A DNA stretch of 64,000 bases from an uncultured Thermococci archaeon. GTDB lineage: Archaea > CAYQAE01 > CAYVLA01. The notes under the pieces were generated by a model. The model was not told the DNA's origin. It did not search any database and worked only from the letters and a program-made list of their open reading frames with translations. The DNA lies in NCBI GenBank assembly GCA_964549615.1, contig CAZJVP010000099.1:32001-96000 (forward strand). Reading direction: 5' to 3'. Position numbers and translations under genes: made by a program. This document shows, in pieces, positions 49,742 through 59,861 of this stretch. Positions within the stretch are counted from its first letter, which is position 1; every line of letters begins with the position of its first letter.

Positions 49742-50480
49742 TCCGAATCCCTGCCCGGCTACATCAGGATGTCAGGATGGGCTTCGCTCCCCTCGCTCGA
49801 CGCGACCATCTGGCGAAGCCGCGCCCCCTGCCTTATTAGGCTCCCTGCTTCTCGCCTCTCGCGGATTGAATGGTTCAAGAATTTCGATGGCGGGCGTGGA
49901 GGTCTCCAGTCCAAACCACGAGACTGCCCCTGGGCGAGGCTAGGGAGTCAGTCGTCACCGATCGAGCCCTGCCTTAGGAGATTGCCCAAATCGTCTCCAA
50001 ACAGGGACGCAACCGAGGCCGCCTCATCCTTCGCCAGGATGAGGCATTCTTTCGATGGAGGTTCGCTAGCGGAAGAAGACGCTATCCCTTCTGCCGCCTA
50101 CTGAAGGAGCGGCGGGCGGTAGGCTACGCGGTGATGAGGCTTCACCAGGGACGTGGCACGATCATCGACTCCGGCGGAGTTGATGAGAACTACACCAAGA
50201 TTCTTCTGGGGCCATGGCAAGCACGTTGAGGTTCGACATGCTCTCAATCTGGGATTTCTCGGTGGAAAGCTGGCTGAGGCAACAACTTGAATCACTGGGT
50301 TTCAAGCAAGACGCTTTGACGGCTGTGATTCAGAGGAGGACGTCAGGTCAGGCTACCTTGCCTCTTCTGGTGCGGCCGGTCAAGGAGAACTCTCAGGAGA
50401 GCGACTGGCACGTGGGCGGCCTGGACGTTCGCAGGATCGGTAGCTGGTTCATAAAAGGGGTTTGCTCGGATGCCGAGTAG
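49742..50480 (+). pseudogene. Frameshifted, 5'-truncated GNAT-family gene
   Basis: Three frames join: SESLPGYIRMSGW...PIEPCL / EIAQIV...RQDEAFFRWRF...GYAVM...TIID / AMASTLRFDMLSIW...LGF...WHVGGLD. Shifts are near 49975 and 50210. Confidence 0.6.
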
Positions 50481-50498
50481 CTGCAAAGCCTGACTGAG

Positions 50499-51421
50499 AT
50501 GTCCTTGCACCACCCGGCGGGCGCGGGACTCCCTTTGATAGCACCCGGGAAACGAAGCAATTCCGCCCGCGGGGGACTGGTCGCATCGGTGTCCGCCCGA
50601 CGGGAAGGAAATAGGGGACTTCGGGCCCTCCGCCTAGTGGCCTTATCGCCGATGCCTCTGTTGCTTCTCTACGCCCTGCCCTGGTCCTTTCGCCTCTGCT
50701 CAACTTGGATCGATGGAAAACCTGCGGTATGGGAGGTCCTAATTGAGCCGGGCACGACGATGGCACGTAGCAGCGACAGCATCCAAGGGGACTTCTCGGT
50801 CCAGATGAACACGACCGATTCCTACGGTATCTACCTGCGACAGGAGATCTGGATAAACGAGTCGGTGCGCCACTCGGTCCTCTTGGGTCTTGTGTTCAGG
50901 ATCGACGAGATCGACGACATCGACTCAAGCGGCAGCACAGCCTGACCGGGCTGGAGATAGGCCTGGAGGGAGGAGACATCGATGCGGATAGCCAGCCCGA
51001 GTATATGTATCACTACCTCTTCATCGATCGATGCGTAAGGGTCGAGGACTTCCCAGCCTGGCAGCGCAACACCACGCCCACGGATGCACCACACAAAATG
51101 GCCTTCCTTCACCATGTTGAGTCCATTGGCATCCGGAACTTTTTCCAAGGCAACATCTCGCAGCTCTTTCTCGAGAACCTGGGAGGCTTTCCGCTTGGAC
51201 CCATAGACCTCCGCGTCTGGGCGCTCAGGTGGGGAGACGGAATGCCTGATTCCGGCATAAAGGCGACCATCGACTCTATCAACATCTGGGTGCCCGAGAG
51301 GGTCGCCATGGCCATTCTGTCCCTGAGCCTCCTCTCAGGCATGCTGAGATCGTTGCTTGCCAGAACCGGTAAGGATAGGCAGATCGATCCGCCTTCAACC
51401 GATCGGCTGCCCAAAGAGTGA
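50499..51421 (+). pseudogene. Frameshifted secreted protein with a VPE-TM-basic (PEF-CTERM-like) tail
   Basis: ORF 50499..50945 (signal-like LLLLYALPW) continues via a -1 shift near 50930 into SLTGLEIGLEGG...MYHYLF, ending INIWVPERVAMAILSLSLLSGMLRSLLARTGK. Confidence 0.6.
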
Positions 51422-52090
51422 TACGAGCGCGATGACCCTCGATTCCGCTTCCTAGGCACATCCGAATCCGGCCGAGATCCAGTGTTTTGAGCGCGGGTGC
51501 CCCAACGCCCCCGTGCGCTGAAACAATAACAACACTGGCGGACAGAGCGTACACTCAACATCCGGGCCGTTGGATGAAGCGGATCTCGATGGACGCAGAG
51601 ACGAGGCAGTGGGGATGACATCTCGTCCAATGGAATTTCGAAGCGCTACCGCCAGTTCGCCGGGAGATTCCTCAAAGGAGGTGCCCATGAGGTAGCGCTC
51701 ATGGAGGGCCGCTCGGCGGCACGCCAGCGCCGATCTAGGGTTCTCACTGTTGGCAGCAGGCGTATGGGAATTGTTCAGCAGGCATCGGAAAATAATCGAG
51801 GCGCGCTCAAGGGAAACGAGGAGCAGCGTAGAGTGATCCCGATTGCCCGGAAGATCCGCACCGATCATCAATGTCGTCCGAAGCCGTGCGAATCCGAATC
51901 CCGGGTTCACCCTTATGGGCGGGGTTAGCTATGCAAGTCACGAGGCTTCTTGCAGGGCCCGCAATCCCGCAACGAAACACCGCAGAGGTTGGCTGACCTT
52001 GAAAAGCCAAATGCTGAAATGGAGAAATGAGAGGGAACTCACCGAGGTCGACCGCTGTTCTTGGGATGATCGGGGAAGGGCTTTCCCCGG

Positions 52091-53245
52091 GTGGAGAGCT
52101 TGAGGACCGAGATCGTCCAAAGCGCCAGAGAACTCGCCGATATCGGGGTCGACTCCTTCGTGACAGATCCCATGCACACCTCATGGTACCTGATGGCGCA
52201 TGAACGATCGGGCGTCGGCAGGAGGGAACCAAGGCACATCGTTGTCCTCGATTCTTCGCGGCCCGTTGCATATGTGCCGTGCTACGTGCAGCATTCCGCA
52301 GTATACGATGATCTGGCAATCGTCCTTGCCACGCCCACGCTCCGAAGGGCAATCCGGTGGGCCGCCTTGATTGGTGCATTCCCAGGCCTGTCCCCAGCCC
52401 TTCTCTGCTCGTCCCCGGACAGCCTTTACACGACGCTGTCCATCAGCCCCGCCCTGGAGCGGTCCGAGGAGGCCAATGTGGTCAGGGCCGTGGTCGACGC
52501 CTTGTTGCAGGTGGCGAGGGACGAGGAGCTGGACGTTGTTGGTTTCATGAATCTTCCACGGAGGGAAAGCCTTCTCTGGCAGGCGCTGCCGTCCATGGGG
52601 TTCATCTACTCCAAGCGCGTACCCTCAGCGTACCTCCCCGTGAACTTTCGGACCTTTGAAGAGTACCTGAGGCTTGGAGCAAGAAAACGGCGGAAACAAT
52701 ACAAGATCGAGGTTAAAAGGGCTGCCCAGCAGGGCCTGATCATCCATGAAATCGAGGATTATTCGGGCCTTGGCGGACTGCTCTCGGATATCCTGGGCGA
52801 GACCTGGGGGGTGCGTGGTAAGACCTCGCCCTTCCCGCCCAGCTACTTTGAGTCGCTAGCCGAGCATACCAAAGGCAGGTCCTGCGTCATATCCGGATCG
52901 TTTCGCGGCGAGGTGGACGGATTCACCCTCTTGCTGTGGACCGCGGAGGAGATGTGCGCCTACCAGTACGGGGCAAGGAAGAAGGAGCGGGTTCGGCTCT
53001 CCAATCTATATTTCAACATCTGCTACAACGCCACGATTGCCAAGGCGATCTCCTTAGGAGTGAAATCGATCAGATTCGGGCCGGGCTCCCTTCACGTCAA
53101 GACCTCCAGGGGATGCCTATTGGAGGACTTAGGCATGTTCCTCAAGCCCATGAAGAGGATCCACCTACCTGCCTTCAAGGCTTTGATGCTGCGCAACAGG
53201 AGGCGAGGGAGGGCCGCGCAGGATGTCCGAGGGTTACCGGCCTAA
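52091..53245 (+). CDS. GNAT/FemAB-like protein (peptidoglycan-recognition type)
   Basis: FRTFEEYL...RRKQYKIE, LYFNICY, IAKAI, FGPG..VKTSRG. Confidence 0.85.
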   Translation: MESLRTEIVQSARELADIGVDSFVTDPMHTSWYLMAHERSGVGRREPRHIVVLDSSRPVAYVPCYVQHSAVYDDLAIVLATPTLRRAIRWAALIGAFPGLSPALLCSSPDSLYTTLSISPALERSEEANVVRAVVDALLQVARDEELDVVGFMNLPRRESLLWQALPSMGFIYSKRVPSAYLPVNFRTFEEYLRLGARKRRKQYKIEVKRAAQQGLIIHEIEDYSGLGGLLSDILGETWGVRGKTSPFPPSYFESLAEHTKGRSCVISGSFRGEVDGFTLLLWTAEEMCAYQYGARKKERVRLSNLYFNICYNATIAKAISLGVKSIRFGPGSLHVKTSRGCLLEDLGMFLKPMKRIHLPAFKALMLRNRRRGRAAQDVRGLPA

Positions 53246-54390
53246 CCCGAACGCGGTGCGTAAACCTGCCCCACTTTTTCTAGATGCATGGCTAGGTCGG
53301 TGCTGCTCCGAAAGAAGCGCTCCTCGCGGCCAGACCCAAGCTGCCTCCTAGCGCGAAACACTCCCTCGACCAGCATGGACCTCGGCCCGCCCATGAAAAC
53401 CCTCGCCTTGACCCTCTGGCCAACCCCGGTTGAAAGGCGGACAAGGTAAGGGTGTGCGGTGAGGAAGTCGACGCGAGACGGCGGATGTGTTTCCCCAAAA
53501 AGTGCCTTGAGGGACTCCAGTATTACCAAGAGTCCCGGCGAGAAGGTCCCGTACTCGCAATCGTAAGACGTCTGAAGAAGATATGCCGTCTTGCCGTACC
53601 TGAGCAGCAGGGCGAATGCTATGGGTTGTTCGTCGAGGTTGAGGACGTGTAGATCCAGCCAGCCTTCATGACCCAGGAGGGCGAGCAGGTCCTCCCAAAA
53701 CCTCTCCCCCGTAAAAAGCTGCTGGCGCTTCCAACTACGCTCCGAGACCCGCCGGACAGCAGCCCACGCACTGCCCGCGGGGTCGAGCTTGCGGTATCTC
53801 TTGGTCAGCAACTCGCCAGTCTTCCTCAGCTTTTCGCTGGCTCTTCTCGCGTTCTTCCTGAGTTTTGGTCCTCTTTTCTGGTAGTAGGAATCCCACCCTC
53901 CTCGTATCTCGACGAGAGCATTCCGCCACTGGGGCGAGTATGAATACTCGATGCTCATCCCGCTATCTTGAGCCGCCGATTCCAAGAGCCTCAAGGACGG
54001 TGATGAGCCGTTCAGCGCAAAGAACTCTGCCACGGGCACGCCCGACTCGTCCCTGATCGCCTCAAGCACGGTGCGGAAAACCTCCGCCGTCCCGCCGGGC
54101 ACCAGGAAGTCGACCTCAAGCCATGGCCTAGCCACGGCGAACCTGGCCCTTCTGAGCCTGAAGATTCCTCCAGTCTCCGCGATCTGGAGAGGCGCCAGGC
54201 CCACAATGCCGGCCCTGTCCCGGAGCACTATGATGAAAGGGCGGCTAGCCGTTTCGCGGTGCTTCATCCATAGTTCGCAGAAGCTTGGGTGGACGAACGG
54301 GGCGGGCCGGCCGCACTGCTCCATCAGATCGAGCCAGGCACTTCTGATCTCCGCCGCGCCCTCCCAAGTCTTGATTACTTCAACCCTCAA
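53242..54390 (-). CDS. GNAT family protein (CelD/BcsL-like, Acetyltransf_6)
   Basis: PFVHPSF, VGLAPL, GGWDSYY...KLRKNARR, TSYD...FSPGLL, VDFL. Confidence 0.88.
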   Translation of the reverse strand: MRVEVIKTWEGAAEIRSAWLDLMEQCGRPAPFVHPSFCELWMKHRETASRPFIIVLRDRAGIVGLAPLQIAETGGIFRLRRARFAVARPWLEVDFLVPGGTAEVFRTVLEAIRDESGVPVAEFFALNGSSPSLRLLESAAQDSGMSIEYSYSPQWRNALVEIRGGWDSYYQKRGPKLRKNARRASEKLRKTGELLTKRYRKLDPAGSAWAAVRRVSERSWKRQQLFTGERFWEDLLALLGHEGWLDLHVLNLDEQPIAFALLLRYGKTAYLLQTSYDCEYGTFSPGLLVILESLKALFGETHPPSRVDFLTAHPYLVRLSTGVGQRVKARVFMGGPRSMLVEGVFRARRQLGSGREERFFRSSTDLAMHLEKVGQVYAPRSG

Positions 54391-55588
54391 GACCTTCGCC
54401 TGCCGCTTCCCTGTTTTCTTCTTCTTGCTTCCCGAGGACCTTCCACTCGTCGCCGTCGGGACGTCCCCTGGCCCTCCCTTGGACGCAGCCCAAACCTCGT
54501 TCTCGGTTGCGAAGCAGTCTCCGCCGCCTCAAGCCGTCACTGAGACGAAAAGCCACCGAAAGTAGCCTGCCCCTTGGGTTTTTGGGAAAGCATCGGACTC
54601 TGAGTCTTGATTGTGTAGAGTCCGCAAGTCGTTCCAAGAAGGGATAGGTTGTAAGGAAATCCATCGTCGTCTCCAGCGACTTGTGTTGGAAACAGTCGCG
54701 CATCGCCTTGGTGGTCAGGTAGGTGCCCGGCGATAAGTGGGCGTAGTCCGAGTCGTAGGCGGTCTGCATCCAGTATATCGTTTTGTGGTGTCGAAGTAGG
54801 ACGACGAAGGCCGCGGGACGATCGTCGATGCGGAGGATATAGAGGCTCAACAAACCCTTTTCGCTCATCAATTCAATGAACTCCCTCCAGAAGCCGCCCC
54901 TGAGATAGCTCGATGGATCCTTCCAACTCTTGGCAACAATGCATTCTAGTGTCGATAGGCTTCCTTCCAACCCGTCGGGCCCGCCCGACTTCTCGATCTC
55001 CGCGCTGCCGCAACGACCCATCTTCCTGTCCACCCTCCTCATAACGTACCTCGTCCTGGCAGACCTCCTGGCAAGGTAATCCTCCCATGTTCCATCCAGA
55101 CTTACGAGTGAATTGGTCCATCTCGGGGGTCGAAGATACCCCAGAGTATATCCCTTTCTTGCGCCGAACACCTCGATCGCGGGCAGGGAGGGGGACGAAC
55201 AAGGAATTGCGAAGAGATCAAGCATGTCAAAGTCGCAATTGACCGTCGCCGCGGCGAGAACATCTGGAACCGCTCCGGCTCCGGGATGCATTAGCAGGAA
55301 ATCCGAGTCAAGCCAGGAGACCGCGACCATGAACCTGAGCCTTTTGATGGTGAGGCCCGACTTCCTGGTGGGCGCGATGCATAGAGGGGCCAGCGCCTGG
55401 GGCCTCCCCTGGTCGTCCTTGAGCATGACAACGCGAGGGATGGCTGAAGGGACTCGGTGCTTCAGCCAGAGCTTGCAGAAGTCTGGATCCGCGAAGGGCG
55501 TCGCGTTCGGAGCGTTGCGACAGATATCTAGCCATTCGCCCCTGAGGGGCTCGATCTCGCTCCACCCGTCCGCCAAGACTGCCCGCAA
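54380..55588 (-). CDS. GNAT family protein (CelD/BcsL-like; tandem paralog)
   Basis: PFADPDF, ALAPL, GTWEDYL, TAYD...LSPG, MDFL. TTG 55588 lies 25 nt after CTTTTAAG. Confidence 0.88.
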   Translation of the reverse strand: MRAVLADGWSEIEPLRGEWLDICRNAPNATPFADPDFCKLWLKHRVPSAIPRVVMLKDDQGRPQALAPLCIAPTRKSGLTIKRLRFMVAVSWLDSDFLLMHPGAGAVPDVLAAATVNCDFDMLDLFAIPCSSPSLPAIEVFGARKGYTLGYLRPPRWTNSLVSLDGTWEDYLARRSARTRYVMRRVDRKMGRCGSAEIEKSGGPDGLEGSLSTLECIVAKSWKDPSSYLRGGFWREFIELMSEKGLLSLYILRIDDRPAAFVVLLRHHKTIYWMQTAYDSDYAHLSPGTYLTTKAMRDCFQHKSLETTMDFLTTYPFLERLADSTQSRLRVRCFPKNPRGRLLSVAFRLSDGLRRRRLLRNRERGLGCVQGRARGRPDGDEWKVLGKQEEENREAAGEGLEG

Positions 55589-55613
55589 GACAGCAAAAAG
55601 TAGCCTCAGAAGG

Positions 55614-55621
55614 CTTAAAAG
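55614..55621 (-). promoter_or_regulatory. Archaeal TATA-like box
   Basis: CTTTTAAG on the minus strand, identical to the box at 35484-35491. Confidence 0.55.
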
Positions 55622-55711
55622 CCAAGTGGCCGGGCCGAATACTCGGGTTTCAACGTTTCCCATCGGTTCTGTCGGCGGCCGGGGCAAAAGAGAGGTGTTT
55701 CTGACAGCTTG

Positions 55712-56281
55712 CTAGCGCGCCTGCCGCAGCGCCTCAATTCGCCTGACCGTTCCTTCCACCACGCGTCCCACCAACCGAACCCTCATGCACGAGATGATCA
55801 TTCTTCTTACCAGAAGAAGAAATCGGTCTACTAAACCTTCCTGACGAAAGGCCTTGGCGTAGGGCACACATCCCTCCCTCCAACCTCTGAAGCTTAGCCT
55901 GCGTATTCGCACACCCAACGTGCGAACATACCACTGAGCCATCTCCTCATCCTTTGCCTCCCCCACGTAGCCCGCCCCGCCCTGGCGCCACATCATCCTT
56001 TCGGCCTCACGGCACAGCATCTCGCCCAAGCCCCTTCTCCTGTACTCAGGGCGGACGAATAGAGTGTGGACGTGATAGTACCTGCCCGATGTCCTCTCGA
56101 AGCACCTCATCCCGATCACCTTGCCCTCCCACCGGGCAACAAGCGTTGTGCTCCGCTGAATCCACCCTTCCATCCCGGGTAGGTACATGTCGTTGCATTT
56201 GAGCATCTCGATTGCCTCGGCTAGGGAATCGCTTGATGCGACCTCGATTGTTGGAGAGAAATCTGACAACTCTACACCCAA
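55712..56281 (-). CDS. GNAT N-acetyltransferase
   Basis: LFVRPEYRRRGLG (motif A); CAAACCTTTTAC about 20 nt upstream. Confidence 0.85.
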   Translation of the reverse strand: MGVELSDFSPTIEVASSDSLAEAIEMLKCNDMYLPGMEGWIQRSTTLVARWEGKVIGMRCFERTSGRYYHVHTLFVRPEYRRRGLGEMLCREAERMMWRQGGAGYVGEAKDEEMAQWYVRTLGVRIRRLSFRGWREGCVPYAKAFRQEGLVDRFLLLVRRMIISCMRVRLVGRVVEGTVRRIEALRQAR

Positions 56282-56943
56282 TTCCGGTGCGGAAATGCCG
56301 AGTAAAAGGTTTGTGGCGGATGATCGGATCCGAGCATGTCTTGATCCGCTATTTTGGAATCAGGGACGGATGCCGCATAGCGGGGCGGGCGAAAGTGAAG
56401 ATCTTGCGCACTTGGCAGGATTATCCGAAGCCACCGTGACCGGCGGAAAAGGCCGCCTGTGGAAACAGTTTGCTCCCTGCGTGTGAAGAACCACCGCCAC
56501 CAACCAAGACACCACGAGGATGCCATGAAGGGAACAACTCCGGCCGCGGCTCACCGGCTGCGAGCCACTTGCAAGTATTGCGACAAATGACAAAGATGGA
56601 CCGCCCAGCCCGGTTCCACCCCCGGAGAGGTCGAACCCTCCTTTCACCGACTTCAGACCGCCGGCAGCTTATGGCCCGGGCGTGCACTGGCAGGTGTGCA
56701 AAGAGGGCTTTTTGTCATTTTGGGCCTCATGCTTGCAGTCCCCATGGGTGCGGCGTGTCCGGTCCCAGGACCGATGGCAACGGCGTGATTCGCCTGCTTC
56801 ACATCGGCAAGGCATGGTTCTACCCGGGCCACCCAGCCCCCGTCCTGAGCCAGGACCCGCGCATCAACTACTACCCCGTCCCGGCCTTGCAAGGATCAGG
56901 CGCGCTCAAAGCCAACTCGACGTGGACCCGATGACCGGCTAGG

Positions 56944-57369
56944 CTATCCCGGAAGCGCCTCAAGCCTATTGACATCCCTCACAGCATCGAAGCCGCCATC
57001 AAATGAGAATATGCCGGGCAGCTTCCTATCGCGAACGATGACCACGCTTATGGCATCCGCAAAGCTCAGCTGCCTGTACGTCCTGAAGATGTGATGAGCC
57101 GCGTTGAAGATGTCGTCGTCCACGAAGAGCGTGTCCACATGGGCGGAGTTGAGCATGGCCTCCCCGACCTCGGCCGAGCGGTCAGGCCCAATCTTCCTCC
57201 TGAGATAGGTAACGACCTCCCCGAATATGTGGTTGGTTATGAAAACCCTGCCGAGTGCCCCCTCCGACACGGCCCCGACCCCGACTATGGGCTTCGGCCT
57301 CTCATGGTGTCGATCCCTCGGATTGAATGCGCCGATCCAGACCCCTGAGTCCACAAGGTACAAGCTCAC
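56944..57369 (-). CDS. vapC: PIN-domain toxin (VapC family)
   Basis: LVDSGVW, D.HH, GEVVTYL, LSFADA, SFDGGFD. Coupled to the upstream antitoxin. Confidence 0.9.
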   Translation of the reverse strand: MSLYLVDSGVWIGAFNPRDRHHERPKPIVGVGAVSEGALGRVFITNHIFGEVVTYLRRKIGPDRSAEVGEAMLNSAHVDTLFVDDDIFNAAHHIFRTYRQLSFADAISVVIVRDRKLPGIFSFDGGFDAVRDVNRLEALPG

Positions 57370-57608
57370 CCGCTCCCATGGACGACCTCGTCCAGCTCCG
57401 CTGTGGCGTCGGCCTCCCTTTCCGTCGGCAGCGCGCCTATGAGCGCCTTCAGCGGATCCTCCCCGCTGGCCTTCCGCACCCTGATGTAGACCTCGTCACC
57501 AAGGATGGTCCAAACCACCTCATCGCCAGGCCCCACCCCGAACCTTTTCCGGAGCGATGCCGGCACGACCGTCTGGAAACCCTTTGACACCCTTGTCGTG
57601 GCAACCAC
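57366..57608 (-). CDS. vapB: AbrB/MazE/SpoVT-type antitoxin
   Basis: TRVSKGFQTVVPASLRKRFGVGPGDEVVW; ATGA overlap with the PIN gene. Confidence 0.9.
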   Translation of the reverse strand: MVATTRVSKGFQTVVPASLRKRFGVGPGDEVVWTILGDEVYIRVRKASGEDPLKALIGALPTEREADATAELDEVVHGSG

Positions 57609-58778
57609 GGAGGCCGTCTCCTTGGGAAACGAGCAGTCTCAAAGCAGTTCAATCTTTCTCATGCCCAGCCGTGCGCTGCAGATTCATGCATGATGCGCCC
57701 TGCTTCCCCAAGGTCGCGCCAAGCTTCCAGGCATTCCCTTGTTCTGGTCGTCGACCAGCCTGGCCTGGATATGGACCCTCCTTGACTGCTGTGTCACCCG
57801 GATCGAGGCGGGTCCGTAGGCCTCCGGCATGCCGAAGAAGCGACCGTACTGCTCAAGGCTGAAGGAGACCCCTCCACCCTCACTGTGAACTTGCGGTCGT
57901 TGGATGTGACCAGGACCTGGGAGGCAGATCATCCATCACACTTGCCTCAACAACAAGCCGGACACCAAGGCGATCGCGCAGGGCAACCTGAGCTCCGGTT
58001 CCTCCAGAGCTTGGAACGATCCATCGAGGGGCTGAGCAAGGAGCCGCCGCTTCTCAGAACCTGATCCTTGGCCAAGACCGGCAGGCCTGCCAGGTGCCTT
58101 GCGAATCAGTTCCCCGCACGTCAGGCCAGGCATCGCGGTTTGTTGGATTTGCCATGGTCGAGCGCGGCCCGCACCTTGGCTTCCTGATGTGTCCTCACCC
58201 TGCCGGTTAAATATACTGAGCCCGCTTCAGCCAAGCCATATGGTAGGCCTCGCTCAGAGCCGTCCCGAACTCGCGGTACCCGACACGCGGATGGCCCAAC
58301 AACTAGGACGGCCCCCTGCCCGGCTGGTCGGGAGGCAGGGACCATGCGACCATCATGCCGGACGTATTCCCGGCGGCGGTCTGCACCACCATTGCCGTCG
58401 TGGCCTCCGACCCTAGTAAGACGGGCGGGCAAGTCTTCCCATCGAGGAGGCCCGGACAGGAAAATTGCGCCGGGTGAGTTGCCAGTTGCCACGTGCAGGC
58501 TGAAGATACCCCACCGTCGGGTTCTTCCAGCCTCCAAGAATACTCTTATCCCTGCCAGAGAAAACGGTGATCGAAACACAGGCACGAACAGAGGAAATAA
58601 GCCACCTAGGACCTGCTTATCGGGCAACCCTTCCCCCGCGCGAGGGCGCCGCCTGAGGCTCTTCAGCTGCCCATCCCAAGGCATCGATACCTCCCATCCC
58701 AACATCTGACCATCCTTTATCACCCAGCCTCCGATGGTATGGGATGTCCTCCGTCGGGGCCTTCGGGGCTGACCTGAG

Positions 58779-59861
58779 ATGAGGGATGAAAGCTTTGGTC
58801 CGGCTGGCATGATTGAGGAATGGTCGAACCAGCCCAAGGCGAATCACAGCGCGGATGACGGGCCGTCCATCAGCGTGATCATCCCTTGCAAACCATCTGA
58901 CGGGCTTCCGCCAGTAATCGAGTCTGCCTCGAAGCTGGACTACCCGAGCGACCTTTTTGAGATCCTCCTGATCAAAGGAACCAACCCCTCCCTGCAGCGC
59001 AACTTGGGGGCAAGTCTCGCCAAGGGCGACATACTGGCCTTCACTGACGATAACTGCCAGCTTCCCCCCGACTGGCTGAGACTTGCAGCCAAGCACTTCC
59101 GCGACGCTAGAGTCTCCATAGTCGGCGGTCCGAACCTGACTCCTCCGTCGGATCCCCGTCTCTCGAGGATCTTCGGCCTGGCTTGCGCGTCCAAACTGGG
59201 CACCGGCCCGATGCACAGGCGATACCGACGCACTCGGCTGCTCCCGCAGGCGGATGAAAGTGCCTTGGCACTGAGCAACCTCTTCATCCGTCGGAAGCTC
59301 TTCGACAGCGGACTGAGTTTCAGCCCTCTTCTCTTTCCAAACGAGGAGAACCAATTCATGAATGGAGCCTCGCGACAGGGGCACCGCATGGTCTACGATC
59401 CTGACATCGTGGTCTACCATCCCAGGAAGCGAAGCTGGCGGGCGTTTTCACGCCAGTTCGCTCGCTATGGCGCCGGGAGAGCGAGGCAGACCCGCATGGA
59501 CCTCGGAAGCCTGAGGCCCTTCCATCTCTTGCCCGGGGCGCTGGTCCTCGCATCGATGTTCCTACTCGTCGGGGTGTTGCTGTTTCGCCGCTTACTGCCT
59601 TGGGTTCTGCTCCTTGCGGCTGCATACATCGTCCCAATCGTCGCCGAGTCGGTTCGGATCAGTCTCCGTGAGGGCGATCCTAAAGCGGCTTGGCTGCTGA
59701 TTCCGTCATTCCTCCTCATCCACTATTCCTACGGCTTTGGATTCGTCATGGGCTTGATCTGCCCGCTCGGCAAGATCCGCGGGGCCGCCCCGACCCGGGA
59801 CGACGTCTCTCGTCTGGAGCCATCAGGCTACACATGGCCTGCTGGACAGAGGATCTCGTAG
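58779..59861 (+). CDS. GT2 glycosyltransferase with C-terminal TM helices (ExoA-like)
   Basis: ISVIIP, QRNLG, AFTDDNC, VGGP, NEE, QFARYGAGR, IHYSYGFGF. Confidence 0.9.
   Translation: MRDESFGPAGMIEEWSNQPKANHSADDGPSISVIIPCKPSDGLPPVIESASKLDYPSDLFEILLIKGTNPSLQRNLGASLAKGDILAFTDDNCQLPPDWLRLAAKHFRDARVSIVGGPNLTPPSDPRLSRIFGLACASKLGTGPMHRRYRRTRLLPQADESALALSNLFIRRKLFDSGLSFSPLLFPNEENQFMNGASRQGHRMVYDPDIVVYHPRKRSWRAFSRQFARYGAGRARQTRMDLGSLRPFHLLPGALVLASMFLLVGVLLFRRLLPWVLLLAAAYIVPIVAESVRISLREGDPKAAWLLIPSFLLIHYSYGFGFVMGLICPLGKIRGAAPTRDDVSRLEPSGYTWPAGQRIS

Noticed and set aside
49427-50104. 225-aa plus-strand ORF as an intact gene
   Set aside because: Its 5' part overlaps the AsnB-like gene and promoter; only the middle belongs to the GNAT pseudogene.
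50943-50945. Selenocysteine readthrough of TGA
   Set aside because: The same frame stops again at TAG five codons later; the continuation is in another frame.
49975-51695. Amber (TAG) recoding
   Set aside because: Many clear genes end in TAG (e.g. 25101, 26290, 28770, 29452); the 49975 case is better explained by a frameshift.
47738-52090. Lasso peptide cluster around the Cys-less AsnB homolog
   Set aside because: No PqqD/RRE, no transglutaminase-like B protein and no precursor-like peptide seen; the context is glycan biosynthesis.
58121-58837. 238-aa minus-strand ORF
   Set aside because: Low-complexity, Arg/Gly/Pro-rich, overlaps the GT2 start; at most a remnant (GWEVSMPW) without adequate support.
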